DNA of 64,000 bases from Trichosphaerium sp. ATCC 40318 (taxonomy: Eukaryota > Protista > Tubulinea): assembly GCA_038496445.1 (NCBI GenBank), contig JALMLS010000065.1, forward strand, positions 310,001 to 374,000, written 5' to 3'. The translations under genes were made by a program, and so were the position numbers. Positions 51,680 to 64,000 of this stretch are shown piece by piece (within the stretch, counting starts at the first letter, position 1; each line of letters opens with the position of its first letter). A model generated the notes under the pieces. That model was not told the origin of the DNA, did no database searches, and was given only the letters and a program-made list of their open reading frames with translations.

Positions 51680-52209
51680 ATGACTTCTATCTGTGTTGAA
51701 GACGCCTGCGTTAAAGTTGAGTACACTGTACCAGCCAACCTCGATGACAAGACCACATACTGCTGTAAAGTTAACTTTACCAACAAGCTCCCTATCCCAA
51801 TCACCGACTGCTTGGCTTACGTCGATGTTGACGAGGACTCTCCTTTCCACTCTGAGGTCATGACCTGTGGTGGTTCTGGTGATCTCGACAAAGTCACCCT
51901 TGACTTTGGTCACATCGCCGCTGGAGGGTACGCAAACAGTTTTTTTTACGTTTGTTACAAAATGGCACTTTCATTCTTTGAACAAAAAACGACTATTGCC
52001 AATTCTTTTCTCATATTTCCGGTTGTTTTTACAGCGTACTAATACTTTTTAGATGCAAGTCCAAAGGATTCAAGTTTGCATTCCCAAAACTCGACAAGGA
52101 CATGCCAAAACAAAACTTCCATGGTATCTTCCAATTGGCTCCTAAATTTGAGGTCGATTACTCCAAATGGGGTGGTGTTTCAAAGGAAGCCGATGTCACT
52201 GCCAAGTAA
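51680..52209 (+). CDS. 134-aa uncharacterised beta-sandwich/Ig-like protein, copy 2 (exons 51680-51927 and 52053-52209)
   Basis: 126/134 identical to copy 1; identical exon lengths (248 and 157 nt). Confidence 0.88.
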
Positions 52210-52430
52210 ACAACCTTAATGTAAAACGTATTATCTGTGCTTAGTGGTCGATACCTTGTATTGAAATAAAAAAATCAGTTAAAATATCACGTGATATTTT
52301 TTCAACTTTTTTACGCTTCTTTCAGCAGTATAGCTCTGATTGTCAACTCTCGTCAACCTCCGTTACTTTTTTGTATTCAGTAACCAGCTTGGGACGGCAA
52401 TTCGGGTCATCTGATCTATTTAAAGAAAAA

Positions 52431-53602
52431 ATGAATGAAAACAGCGCATTCTTTGACGAAATACCTGTTGAAGTTATTGTTTATGTTTTACAGTTTGTTT
52501 CGATGTTATCTATGCATTCTGTTGTACGTACATCTAAATTGCTTCAAAACATTGCACAACAGCATATGGGATATGCAAACAGGAGGTATATCTTTATAAA
52601 CAAGGAAAAAAAGCTTAAAAAGCTATTTATGACAGCACCTCATCTCATCAAAGAAAATATGATTGTTATCAAATTTTCAGTTCATCAACGGCACTTAAAG
52701 TACTTACAAGGAGCTTATGCACTTGAATTACATAAAAGGCTAGTTAAAATTGACTTTACAGACTTTAGGGTAGATGGGATAGACTTTAGAGATTGTAAGT
52801 CAGACGTTACTGATGATCACCTTAAACAACTTTATGGAATTAGAAGAATAAACCTATATCAGAACAGAGATAAAGGCATTAAAGCATTGGCTGGCATTCA
52901 TACTATACACTTAAATTATTGTCAGTACATTACAGATGAAGGTGTTAAAGCATTGGCTGGTGTTCATACAATAAGCTTATGTAATTGTAAGCGTATTACA
53001 GACAAAGGTGTTAAACAACTGAAAGGTGTGCATACAATTGGTTTAAGCCATACTCAAGTCTCAGATGAAGGCATTAAACGATTGAGAGGTGTTCATTCAA
53101 TCAATCTTGTAGGTACACATGTTACAGACAAAGGCATTAAAGCATTGGCTGGCGTTCATACCATAAGCTTAAAAGACTGTCATTACATTACGGATGAAGG
53201 TGTTAAAGCAGTGGCTGGTGTTCATACAATAAGTTTATGTAATTGTAAGAGTATTACAGACAAAAGTGTTAAACGGCTGAAAGGAGTGCATACGATTAAT
53301 CTTGCTTATACACGTGTTACAGATGAAGCAATGTGACTGACAAAGGTGTTAAATCATTATCAGGAGTGCACACAATTTGTTTAGGTATTAATGTGACAGA
53401 CAAAGGTATAAAAGCATCGAAAGGTGTTCATTTAATTGAAACTTCTTATTGTGTTAATATTACTGTAAAGTGTATTAAATCGCTTGCAAATGATGGAGTA
53501 ATTTATATTTCACATCCAATCACACGTGCTTTACTTAAATCACTTGGTATTAGTGAAGAGCTGTATTGGTTATTCTTCCAGGAGCTATTCAATGATTACT
53601 AA
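52431..53602 (+). pseudogene. F-box-like plus LRR gene (cassette copy 2), frameshifted at about 53331
   Basis: MNENSAFFDEIPVEVIVYV matches copy 1; frame breaks at ..VTDEA|(N)VTDKG, with repeats continuing in another frame to 53602; the truncated product could still be expressed. Confidence 0.75.
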
Positions 53603-53902
53603 AAAGAAATAAATAAGCTTGCATGAACCTTGGTACTGCCTCTATGGTATGATTTTACTTGGTATGGCTGTTATAGTTGCTACTTAAATTAGTCTTTGTA
53701 TTAGCTTTACTCGTGTGGTAGTAAGACATTAAAAAAAAAGTCATTGCAAGTGAAAATGAAGGTATCTTCCAACGAAAGATGTGAACGACATTCATTTTAG
53801 TTAAGTTGTATTTTATGGGCAAACAACCGAAAGTTTGTGGTTTTAAATACTATTTTAATTAGCTATCTGTTACAATCCAGCCTTTTTTTTTGCTTCTGGT
53901 TT

Positions 53903-56485
53903 TTATGTAAATTTATTTTCCTTTTCTAGGTTTTGCTCAATTTCATCCATTTTCTTTCGATCTTTAGCCTTGAGCACTTGCCAAACAATTACGGCAGCGA
54001 TTAGCTATTAAAAGAATAAAGTCAGAGAGAAATCATCACGTGTTGAAATAAAAACGATAAAAACAAACAGAACTTTGCAGTTTTCTGAAGTAAAATAACA
54101 AACTAGAACACTTATAGCATTAAGATGGGTAACATGTAACAAAATTAAGGGATTGATGATATACATAGATAATTTTAATGGTTTTGAACCATAGATTTCC
54201 CCAAAAAGACGACCGAAGTCCAAGAATAAAAAAGAGAAAAAAAAAGAATAAAAACGCACTGGTATTATCAACAGAGCTATAGCAGCAGCAATAGCGCCCC
54301 AAGCCCATATAGGAAGTATTTCATCCGAATCACTGCTTTCTTCAGTGTTACACGCCCTATACTCCATTCTAAGGATATTCAGTTGACGTCTTATGACCCA
54401 AGGACACTCAGTTTGATTTGGGAAGAAAATATTATCTGGTTCGACTAGCACGCAATTTGGATTGTTGTTGACGATCAGATCTATCGTTGTATCGTTTTCC
54501 AGATCTTCTGTATGTACAATCAATGTATTGTTTATGTCTATACAATCTTCTACTATCATCCTCGTTTCTCTATCCACTGTCAAGGATCCTTCAAATCGTA
54601 CTTTACCACCGAATGATATGTTTGTACCTGTTGCTACAACACCAACTGTGAAGTTTATATTTTGGTTTAGAAAAACAAAAGAGTTGTTTCCTACACAGTT
54701 TCTCAAGTCTCCTTGTGCGTAACAAGCTTCAGTAGGTACTTCTGTTGGTGCTTCCGTTGTAGGAGGTATCGGTTCAAGTGTAGGTGCATTTGTGGGTGGG
54801 GGCGTAGGTGCTTCAGTTGTTGGCGGAGTCGTTGTCGGTGGTTCTGTTGTTGGTGGTAACGTTGTTGGTGCTGTTGTTGTAGGTGGTGCTGTTGTCGGTG
54901 GTGACGTTGTTGGTGGTAGTATTATACTAAAATTTGATGTTGTTGGAGGGGAACAAAACCGTATAGAACCATCATGACTACAAACAAAAAAAACGTAAGT
55001 ATAAGAAAATTATGAGAAATATTCCCGACAGTAACTATAACGTACAGGTCAAATCCTTCGTTTGAGCGGCTTGGAAATTCTGAATTACGTTCAGTTGTTA
55101 TATACGCGGCTACATCTGAGAATATTCCATCGGAGGCAACAACAAAAGTTGCCTGGCAATCAACTGTTTGTTGGGTTGTTAGAATTGCTCTAAATTTTAT
55201 CGTTCTGTTATCTACTTCTTCAGATATCGCCTAAATCACGTTTTGTTGTTGATTTCTTTATGTGTGAAGTATTATTACGTACCCTGCTACTACAACTTAG
55301 AGTTGAAGGTACATATGAACCGAATTCAACAGGAAGCGAAACAGCAATTGTCTTTGTTACTTCTGCAAAATTCTTATAATTTTCGCAATGTACTTCAACA
55401 GTAATAGTATCTCCAACAATCAATCCATTGATATCAGCACCATCCTCAGCGGTAAATATATGCCTATAATAAGATATTAATTTTGAAACCTGGTCTTAAT
55501 TAAATCACGTGCCAGCAACTCACTGCAGGTTGAGGACAAGTCCATAAAGCTCTGAAGAAGCCATTAAATTGACCACTTGAAACAACACCAAACTGTATAA
55601 CGCCCACATTTTGATAATCGAACCCCCTAGTGCGATCATATGGAATACAAACATCTGTCTCGGTGTTTATACTCCCCAGTGTGAATATTATAGAGCTTGT
55701 TTGTATGGAGGAAGGTGACGTTGTTTTCAGTTCATAAGTAGTCCCAGCAACGCCGTTTGCCAATCGGATATTCCAACAGTCTATCAGTTGAAAAATGCGT
55801 TAGAACATTCACATCCACGTCATACACTTTTTTCTTTTTGTAAATTAAATCACAACTGTATCTATTCAAATGAAATAGAATTGTAACGCTCGGTTTAGAA
55901 GGAAATACCCGTTGGCAAATCTTAGTTGAACTCCAAAAAAACAAAGAAAAAAAAAGATTACCCAAACAGTGGGCACCTATAAAACCCCGCAGCCAAATTG
56001 TATCTTCGCAACATACTCAATTATGATAAAAAAAGACTGCCTTCCTGAAGTGGCAAGTTTCCAAAAATAATTTAGCTCAAACTCCTCTTATCACGTGATA
56101 AATGCAAAAAAAATATTAAAAATAGGAGTACCGTACCCATGCCTCTTTCTAACATATTCACTCTTGGTGATATATCAGAACCAGATTCATCTTCGTATAT
56201 TGTAAGGCATCGCCCTGTACATCCTCTGGCTTGAAAGGTAAACACTCCTTGACTGAGGAAACAGTCAATACGGCTTTCTGTTCCTACCAGGCAATCTGTA
56301 TATTCCAAATACGTGTCGCGTCTACCACCAACAAACGCAGGGTTTAGAGACGTTACTCTACTGTCTCGCAAACCAACGCCTAGGCCTACTGACGAAGGGA
56401 CACTTGAGATATCATAATCATCAAATACTTGAGCGTATAGGCCAAGACATAGTGTACCAATGAAGAAAAGAAATACACCGCGCAT
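53903..56485 (-). CDS. Type I membrane surface glycoprotein with Pro/Thr-rich stalk
   Basis: Signal peptide MRGVFLFFIGTLCLGLYA; beta-rich Cys-containing ectodomain; PPTT repeats about 54735-54950; TM IWAWGAIAAAIALLIIP|LIAAVIVW; short charged tail. Confidence 0.82.
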
Positions 56486-57226
56486 CGTTCTACAAAAAAA
56501 ACCGTGTCGGTTGGATATTTTTAAATTGGCCTACTTCGCTGTTTTTTAGTTATCACGTGCGCATACCTTGTTTTTATGGCTTCTTCAGAGGGCACGCGCG
56601 TTTTTTCTGTTATTGGATAGTTAGAATTGCCGTTATTGGTTCAGGTTGTTTCTCTACGCTCAAAGGTTAAGCTCTTGATATCGTTGGAAATAAAAACAAA
56701 AAAAAAAAAGGGATTGAACAACAAACTTTTTAAATTGAAGGTCAACTTAGAAAAGTTATCGGGAAGTACTAGTTCCTTTGCGTAGGATGCGCTGTAAGTG
56801 TTAAACACGATTGATCCGTTCACATTTTCTATGCAAAAATAGGAGGAGTGCTAGTAACTGTAGGGGGACTATGCAGTCATAGAGCAATGCAGGTTTTGCA
56901 GATGTTTTTTTGTAAAGGCAAGAGGCAGAAACGAAAGAGTGAAATGACTTTTCTAGTGAAGTGTTTTATGCAGTTCGATGGCCTACTCGCTGGGCGTATT
57001 TGCGTCACTTGATAACACAGTAATACCAATTTGTACAGACTACATGTGCGTGGTTCTCTCTAATCGTTCCCTAATGGTATATTTAGCCCTACCAGCCATA
57101 AAACAACACAGTTTTCAGGTGTCACTGATTGATTAATTACGGAAATGAAGTCTTTATAAGCGTTTTCTTTGCTAGTAAAGAACCATTAAAGATGATGTTG
57201 GAGAGCCTAGAGTAAAAAATGAAGTA

Positions 57227-57320
57227 TATACCGCTTCTTGGCCGCTTTACAATAGGCTCTTCGTATTCCGCTCCTCTACGACAAATGTTAGTCTACAATT
57301 ACTGCGCTAACTTCAAGCAA
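57227..57320 (-). repeat. 94-bp dispersed copy of SENP exon 2 and the adjacent intron end (6777-6870)
   Basis: 89/94 identical, same orientation, 50450 bp apart. Confidence 0.92.
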
Positions 57321-57380
57321 AGATATCTATTTCATTGACAGGTATAGATTATTTTATTGTTTTTTTAAGAAAACACTAAG

Positions 57381-58400
57381 CTACACAGTTGCTCTGAGCT
57401 GTTTGAAGAAATCTTCCCAAGAGATATGCACTCTTCCAGCTGCTTTCTTAAAATCACTCGGAGGGTTGGCCTTGCCGAATACCAGCATAAATACCACTGT
57501 ACCATGGAACTCCTCTTTCAGCCTGACGATCTTTTTCAAACTCTTCAATAGCCATTGACTTGTAGACAAGCTTGACATTACATGTTTCGCTCAGGTACCT
57601 TGCCAGCTGAGTTTAAGAGATAGCAGTACCACTCAAGTTATAAATCTTATAATTGTGTTCTTCACTTGTAAGCATGCAAGCATAAACATATACGCTAATT
57701 CATGTATTGCACAATATCCACAAAGTCCATCAGCAGCACAATTAGCGATTACTCCAGTCTTTTTATAGTTCTCTATGCACTCAACATCAGGTTTAATATA
57801 AATACCATTACGCCCAATCACCTAATTGTTGTTAGTTCTTTGTAGGTTAAGGAATAATGTCAACAAACGAAACTATGATAGTCCAGAATCTTGGATGTCT
57901 TTTTCTGTTTGTCGATTACTTGCAACAATAAGAGAAAATGAATTACCAGTTTCTGCGCCTTGCATGCTTGTGTAAACTATTTTAGAAACACCATAAGCTT
58001 TAGCAGCTTCTATTACATTCCTGTATAAAGGAATACGCTAACCAGGCAAAGTTTAGGCGCGTGTGTGATAACAACAACCAAATGCGCTTTGGTTTGTTGA
58101 ATGAAATAAAAAAAAGGAAACTATTGCCTGTAGTGGCGTGGTTCAGAGACGTTCTAGAGCTTGTCTATCCCATAGTCTCTTGGACGTACTTCTACACCCA
58201 AGTGCTCTGCCTTTGAGATGAGCAAAACATGCTCCTTACCGACTTCTTGATGAGAGCCTTTGTTATGCACCACCTAATATACCTCTTGCTTCAAATATTG
58301 CGATTTTCATTTCTTTGCTTGTGCTTGTTTAGCTGTTTTGAGCTCATTTTTTTTTGTTCAACCAAAACCATAGTTGCTACCAAAGCACACTTCGTCACTA
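57381..58400 (-). pseudogene. Decayed gene with an OTU-like Cys motif
   Basis: IANCAADGLCGYCAI resembles the OTU DGxC motif; in-frame stops downstream; fragmented frames upstream. Confidence 0.35.
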
Positions 58401-58703
58401 TCGGAAACTATTGATAAAAGTGTATCAGAAGTTACAAGCACAAACAGAAACGCTTGTCATAATATATGTAGCGTGCTTTCCTTTTAATTTGCCCGAGGTG
58501 CGGTATAACTAAGTCACGTGTCGATCGGTACAAAAAATGAGCTATTTAATTGTCCCTGAGTCTACCATTTACAAATAAGCATCCTAACTAATTGTAGGAG
58601 TAGCTCGGGGGAATGTAAATAAAAAGGTCCGGTTTAGGTGAAAACACGTGAGATTTCCAGTCAGTTTAAATTCGTAAGAAATCAATTGTTCTAAACCTCA
58701 ATC

Positions 58704-59865
<1,162 letters not shown>

Positions 59866-60605
59866 ACAAGTATTGACAATACCTACTTCACTGGTATTTA
59901 TTCTATTGATCCTTTGTTTGGTCATTTGGTTGTGCAAAAAATATCGTTTGTAGCGTCTACGATTGCCACCAATTTGTCTATTTAGCGTTTTCGTACCTCT
60001 TTTACTTTAGCTCTACACCTTTCAAGCTCTTGCTCGAGTTCTTCTCTTGATTTTGTTTCAGCCATGCTTTTATAGTTGAGTATGTTGAAAAACGTTGATA
60101 GAAGTCTTACGCGAAAAATACAAGGAATAATTATTTAAGGCAAGGAACTGATGAGATTGGCTAACGGATTTCAACGAAGCATTTGAAGTGGTGCGCTACA
60201 ACCGCCACTGTCAATGAGGTATCGGAAGTAGGGCAAATTCTTGCAAAACTGTTTAGTGGTTGGTGTATGCGAAATTTACAGTATCACATGAAAAGCAATA
60301 CTTGAGCACGTGTTCAGAGCTTCGGCATTTCAACTCGTTGTAGAATTTGAACTTGACTTTTTTCTTGCTTTGTAACATTATGTTGATCAAAACAACTAAA
60401 ATGATTTTGTCACAAATCTGTGATGTAAAAAAAAATTCAAAAAGAAAATTCAAAAAACCCAACAAAGTAACAGATAGCTGTCCGAGCTAATATGAGAGCG
60501 ACACCACCTTTCCGGCAGTTATTTTATCTCTTTCTGTTATAATCCTTAAACGACCTTGCACATACTCTATATCTCCTTTTCTACCCTCAAACAATTACCT
60601 GAGGT

Positions 60606-61502
60606 TAGTGGTTGAAAGTTAACGGCTCAGCTCTAAATGACTTTTCAAACAAAAACAACTCTATTTAACCGGCTAACCGGCTCCAAATTGTTACAATAAA
60701 ACACGTGTTTGGAAATTTATTTGTAGTTTATGTAGTCTAAGTACTTAGCATTAACTGCAGCACAAACTTGCAGTTCTAGAGATTTTGTATTCAGACTAGT
60801 ACGTTTGCTTGTCATCACAATAGAACCACGAGAAAATACTCTCAACTGTTGCGGAACTTGCTGGCATTCCTAAGTACACTCTAGCCAAAGCTGAAAGGAG
60901 AAAGTAAGAACGGTTGCCACGCCACCATGTTAATGGACACTGGTTTAGGGCAAGTGCAGGCATCCGTCTGTATTGCTTCAGTTCTTTGGCAATCTAAGAA
61001 AAAAAGAAAATAAAAGTTTTCGAAAAAAAAAAAGAATCCGAGGATCAAGAGCGGAAGCAACATGTTACTTGCCATTGATCTTTGTAGAACCCATCTCAGT
61101 AACAAATTGTCTAAGCACACTTGATCTTCATGCAATAGCGTAGGGTTTGCTTTGAATCCCATTGAGGTAAGCGATAGTTGTTTCAGCTGGGCTTTTGTTC
61201 CATCGTTTAAGCACAATTTACAAACTTGTAAATGCTTGCGAAGTGTATCAGTGCTGGAGTTGCGACTGAATGGTGCTTGACAATAGGCACAAGAAACCTT
61301 ATCAGGCGAGTCTATCATGGTCAATAAACAAAAACATCAGCAGTTCTTGTTAGTAGACGTTTTTTGGTTCCGCTACTTGGTGGTTCAGCCATTGAAATTG
61401 GTATTTAGAACGGAAACGATTTAAGTCAATTAAGTCATTTATTTTTTTCGTAACAGCCAAATGACTAAGCCGGTTAAATAAGCCGTTTACCAACAACCAC
61501 TA
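60606..61502 (-). mobile_element. Non-autonomous, internally deleted hAT DNA transposon (897 bp)
   Basis: 8-bp TSD CCTGAGGT (60598-60605 and 61503-61510); TIRs TAGTGGTTG..AACGGCT (18/22); BED finger CAYC..STDTLRKHLQVC; hAT C-terminal motif WW..LARVYLGMPASSATVESIFS..KRTSL; no DDE core. Confidence 0.93.
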
Positions 61503-62070
61503 CCTGAGGTAAGGTCACTTTATTACGATGTTGCCGACTTTCGCTCTTTTGGTTTTTTCCTGCTTTTCTTGAGATAATCAAACATCCATTGTGAGTGTAC
61601 TCATAGCAAATCTTTTACGTTTAATAGGTTGCTGAGATGTTTGATAGTAATTCGGAACATGCCAGAAACGGATGAAAAATGCTAGTTTTCTATTTGCAAC
61701 TTCACGCGTTTAAATAACCTAAACTACCTTCACACAAACCTCTGGTAAATTTTAGGGTAATTACCCTAAATGTTTGATGATATTGATATTCATAACATGC
61801 CAAAGTTGGAGCTATTTCGTATTTCAATCTTTCACTGCTTTTTGTCCTTACAACGCACCAAATATTGTTGTTCAAAGTGATTGCCCTGTTAATTGTTTTT
61901 TCGTGCAAAATAGCGAACTACAAAAATGAAACTCGAAATACCTTAGTGAACTATCATAATTATGTGTTTGTGGCGATTTTATAAACTAGAATTCTGACGC
62001 CACTTGATTCCAAAACGGGAGCATAGTTTAAGGTAAAAAATAATAAAACAAACACGCACGACCACATCTA

Positions 62071-64000
62071 ATGAAGACAAGTATTTTGGTTCTATCACTA
62101 TTGTATTGCGTAGTACAATCTTTAGCTGTTATGACTCTCAATGTTAACCCTTGGAGAGTTGTAACAACGTACAGTACTGGTACTAATCAGTTCCTAATGC
62201 TGTGGAAGGACCCAAGCTCAGATTAGTACGTTAAACAACTATCTATTTTCAATCAACTAATTCAACCTAGTCACTTCGAAGGCATCTTCTACAATGAATT
62301 CACAGAAGTGACGAGGTCTATTTACGTTGATTCATTTTGTCGTATAGCTCCTGATTCTAATAATCATAAGTGGCTTCAATACGATATTGAATATGGTCCT
62401 CGCAATAAATTCAATGTTGTATATGCTTGTGCGGTGGATGGAACAACACACCTCGCTATAACATTTTTGGATGAAAATGGCTCCTACGCGGGCTACAAAC
62501 GCAATCTTCTTAATTACGGAGTAATAGGAGATATGAGGCCTACTGTAACTCATGGAACTGTCCAGGATACTATGTTAGTAACATTTCATGAGGGTTCGGG
62601 CGCTAAACGATTGTTTATGAGAGGTGGAGACCTGCAATCGTGTTGTGATTCTCTCGCTGCTACCGTTACTGCTCCAAAGATTATGGCTTACGACCTCCCT
62701 TGGACCGACAAATTATTTGTCTATTCTTGGGAGGGTTTTATTCCCTATCCTAATTCGAGACCAACTGCTGGTGGTATTATAAATGCTAATTCTGGTACAA
62801 TGACTACATTAAATGAAATTCAGCGACGTGGTGTTTCGTTTGCACATAGTTCAAATGGCAATTTCGTCTCTCTAAGCCGTAATCAACATTCGCGTGTAGT
62901 GTTTAGCGGTATGAATTATTTTTATTTGTCTTGGTTACACGTAAACTAAATTATTCTGTTTCATAGATAACAGTGGCACTACGTTTACACTAGGGAATCA
63001 ACCAAGTGTGCCAATCAAAATTATTTACTTTGCAGCTATTCATAAGTTTGTTGCTGTTACATGGGATGCCACTGCCAGCAAGATCAGAGTGTATACAATA
63101 CATGAAGATACGTAAGTCTCACCTACCGTTTCGTTCATTATTTTTACTATTACCATCTAACTAATGTAGCTATGCTATAACTGATGAAGAAGAAATTACT
63201 TTAACTGATGTGCCTACAGAAAACTATTTTTTCGATGTACATATTGGTACTTGCAATCTACTGTTGACTTCTCTTGTTGATTCAAAAGCACAATTCAATC
63301 TCTTCAAAAGGATATGTGCTTCTCCAACGACCGCATCACCAACAATGCCACCAACAACAATGCCGCCAACAACAATCCCGCCAACAACAATGCCGCCAAC
63401 AACAATCCCGCCAACAACAATCCCTCCAACAACTGTAGCTCCTACAACAGGAGCGCCGTTGACTACTGAGCAAACCGTTTCACCTACCTCTCCAAATACA
63501 TGTGCACAGCAAACTGGTGTACTAACCGATGATCAGTGCGTGTGCGGTGGATATCCTCAACCTTTGGAGCGTTGTTTGTGTATTGATAACAAGTGGACTT
63601 TGTTTGGTGACTTTTATGTACCAATCTTGTTTACTTTAAAAGTGCCATTAGTAATTCAAGGTATTTATAATATTACTTATCGCTACTTACTCTAACTTTA
63701 ATTAAGGTTCAATGTGGTGGCAACAAGATAGTCAGATAATATTCGATAGACAAGGAGTAATAGAAGTAACACAGTGTGTGTTTGAACAAGGTATTTATTG
63801 CGAAAACACTTCTTTTACAGTTTTCTTGTTATTGTACTAAGTGCCACTCTTTTAGAAAAAGCTAAAGTCACAATCAAAAATATCTCAACAGTAGGACCTC
63901 TTATTGATTTCAAAGGATCACAATGTACTGCTATTCTATCGCCTGGTCAAGAAGAAAGTGAACCTGGAAAAGGGGATGAACCACTTTTGAAAGTAGTCAT
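62071..64000 (+). CDS. Secreted or membrane protein with Pro/Thr-rich stalk (3' end runs off the window)
   Basis: Signal peptide MKTSILVLSLLYCVVQSLA; beta-rich N-terminal region; PPTT(M/I) repeats; Cys-rich post-stalk domain. Confidence 0.78.
63348..63437 (+). repeat. Coding tandem repeat, 6 x 15 bp (PPTT[M/I/V])
   Basis: ccgccaacaacaat(g/c) units. Confidence 0.95.

Noticed and set aside
59980-60600. Possible small gene or a gene interrupted by the hAT element
   Set aside because: Joining the flanks across the TSD gives stops in all minus-strand frames; no recognisable product

Overview
Eukaryotic nuclear DNA: AT-rich, gene-dense, with many short (about 50-150 nt) spliceosomal introns. Gene content (LRR-Roc-COR-kinase Roco gene, Pro/Thr-stalked surface proteins, F-box/LRR and MORN-variant repeat genes) suggests a free-living protist, most likely an amoebozoan (inference). 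Most ORF-track entries are exon fragments; I joined exons by hand using GT/GC-AG boundaries and protein motifs. Conserved genes: GNS-like sulfatase, SENP/Ulp1 SUMO protease, DCAF7, ECHDC3, membrane-anchored tandem SOD, Roco, PITP, NIF/HAD phosphatase, GH39-like hydrolase with a SUEL lectin insert, tRNA-His, DPH5, GH2 beta-mannosidase, WrbA-type quinone reductase and two surface proteins. The middle (26-54 kb) is an accessory zone with two interleaved inverted duplications. (1) 1.08-kb near-identical arms each carry an orphan myristoylation-motif gene. (2) A three-gene cassette pairs a 60-aa Arg-Pro/Cys peptide head-to-head with a 134-aa beta-sandwich-like protein, followed by an intronless F-box/LRR gene. 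The small pair is strongly conserved while its introns, spacer and LRR neighbour have diverged; this is the best candidate for an undescribed system. Also present: a Roco kinase with HRD changed to HRN, an internally deleted hAT transposon with an 8-bp TSD, several GC-AG introns and strong CACGTG enrichment. All family calls come from motif recognition by eye; no searches were run.
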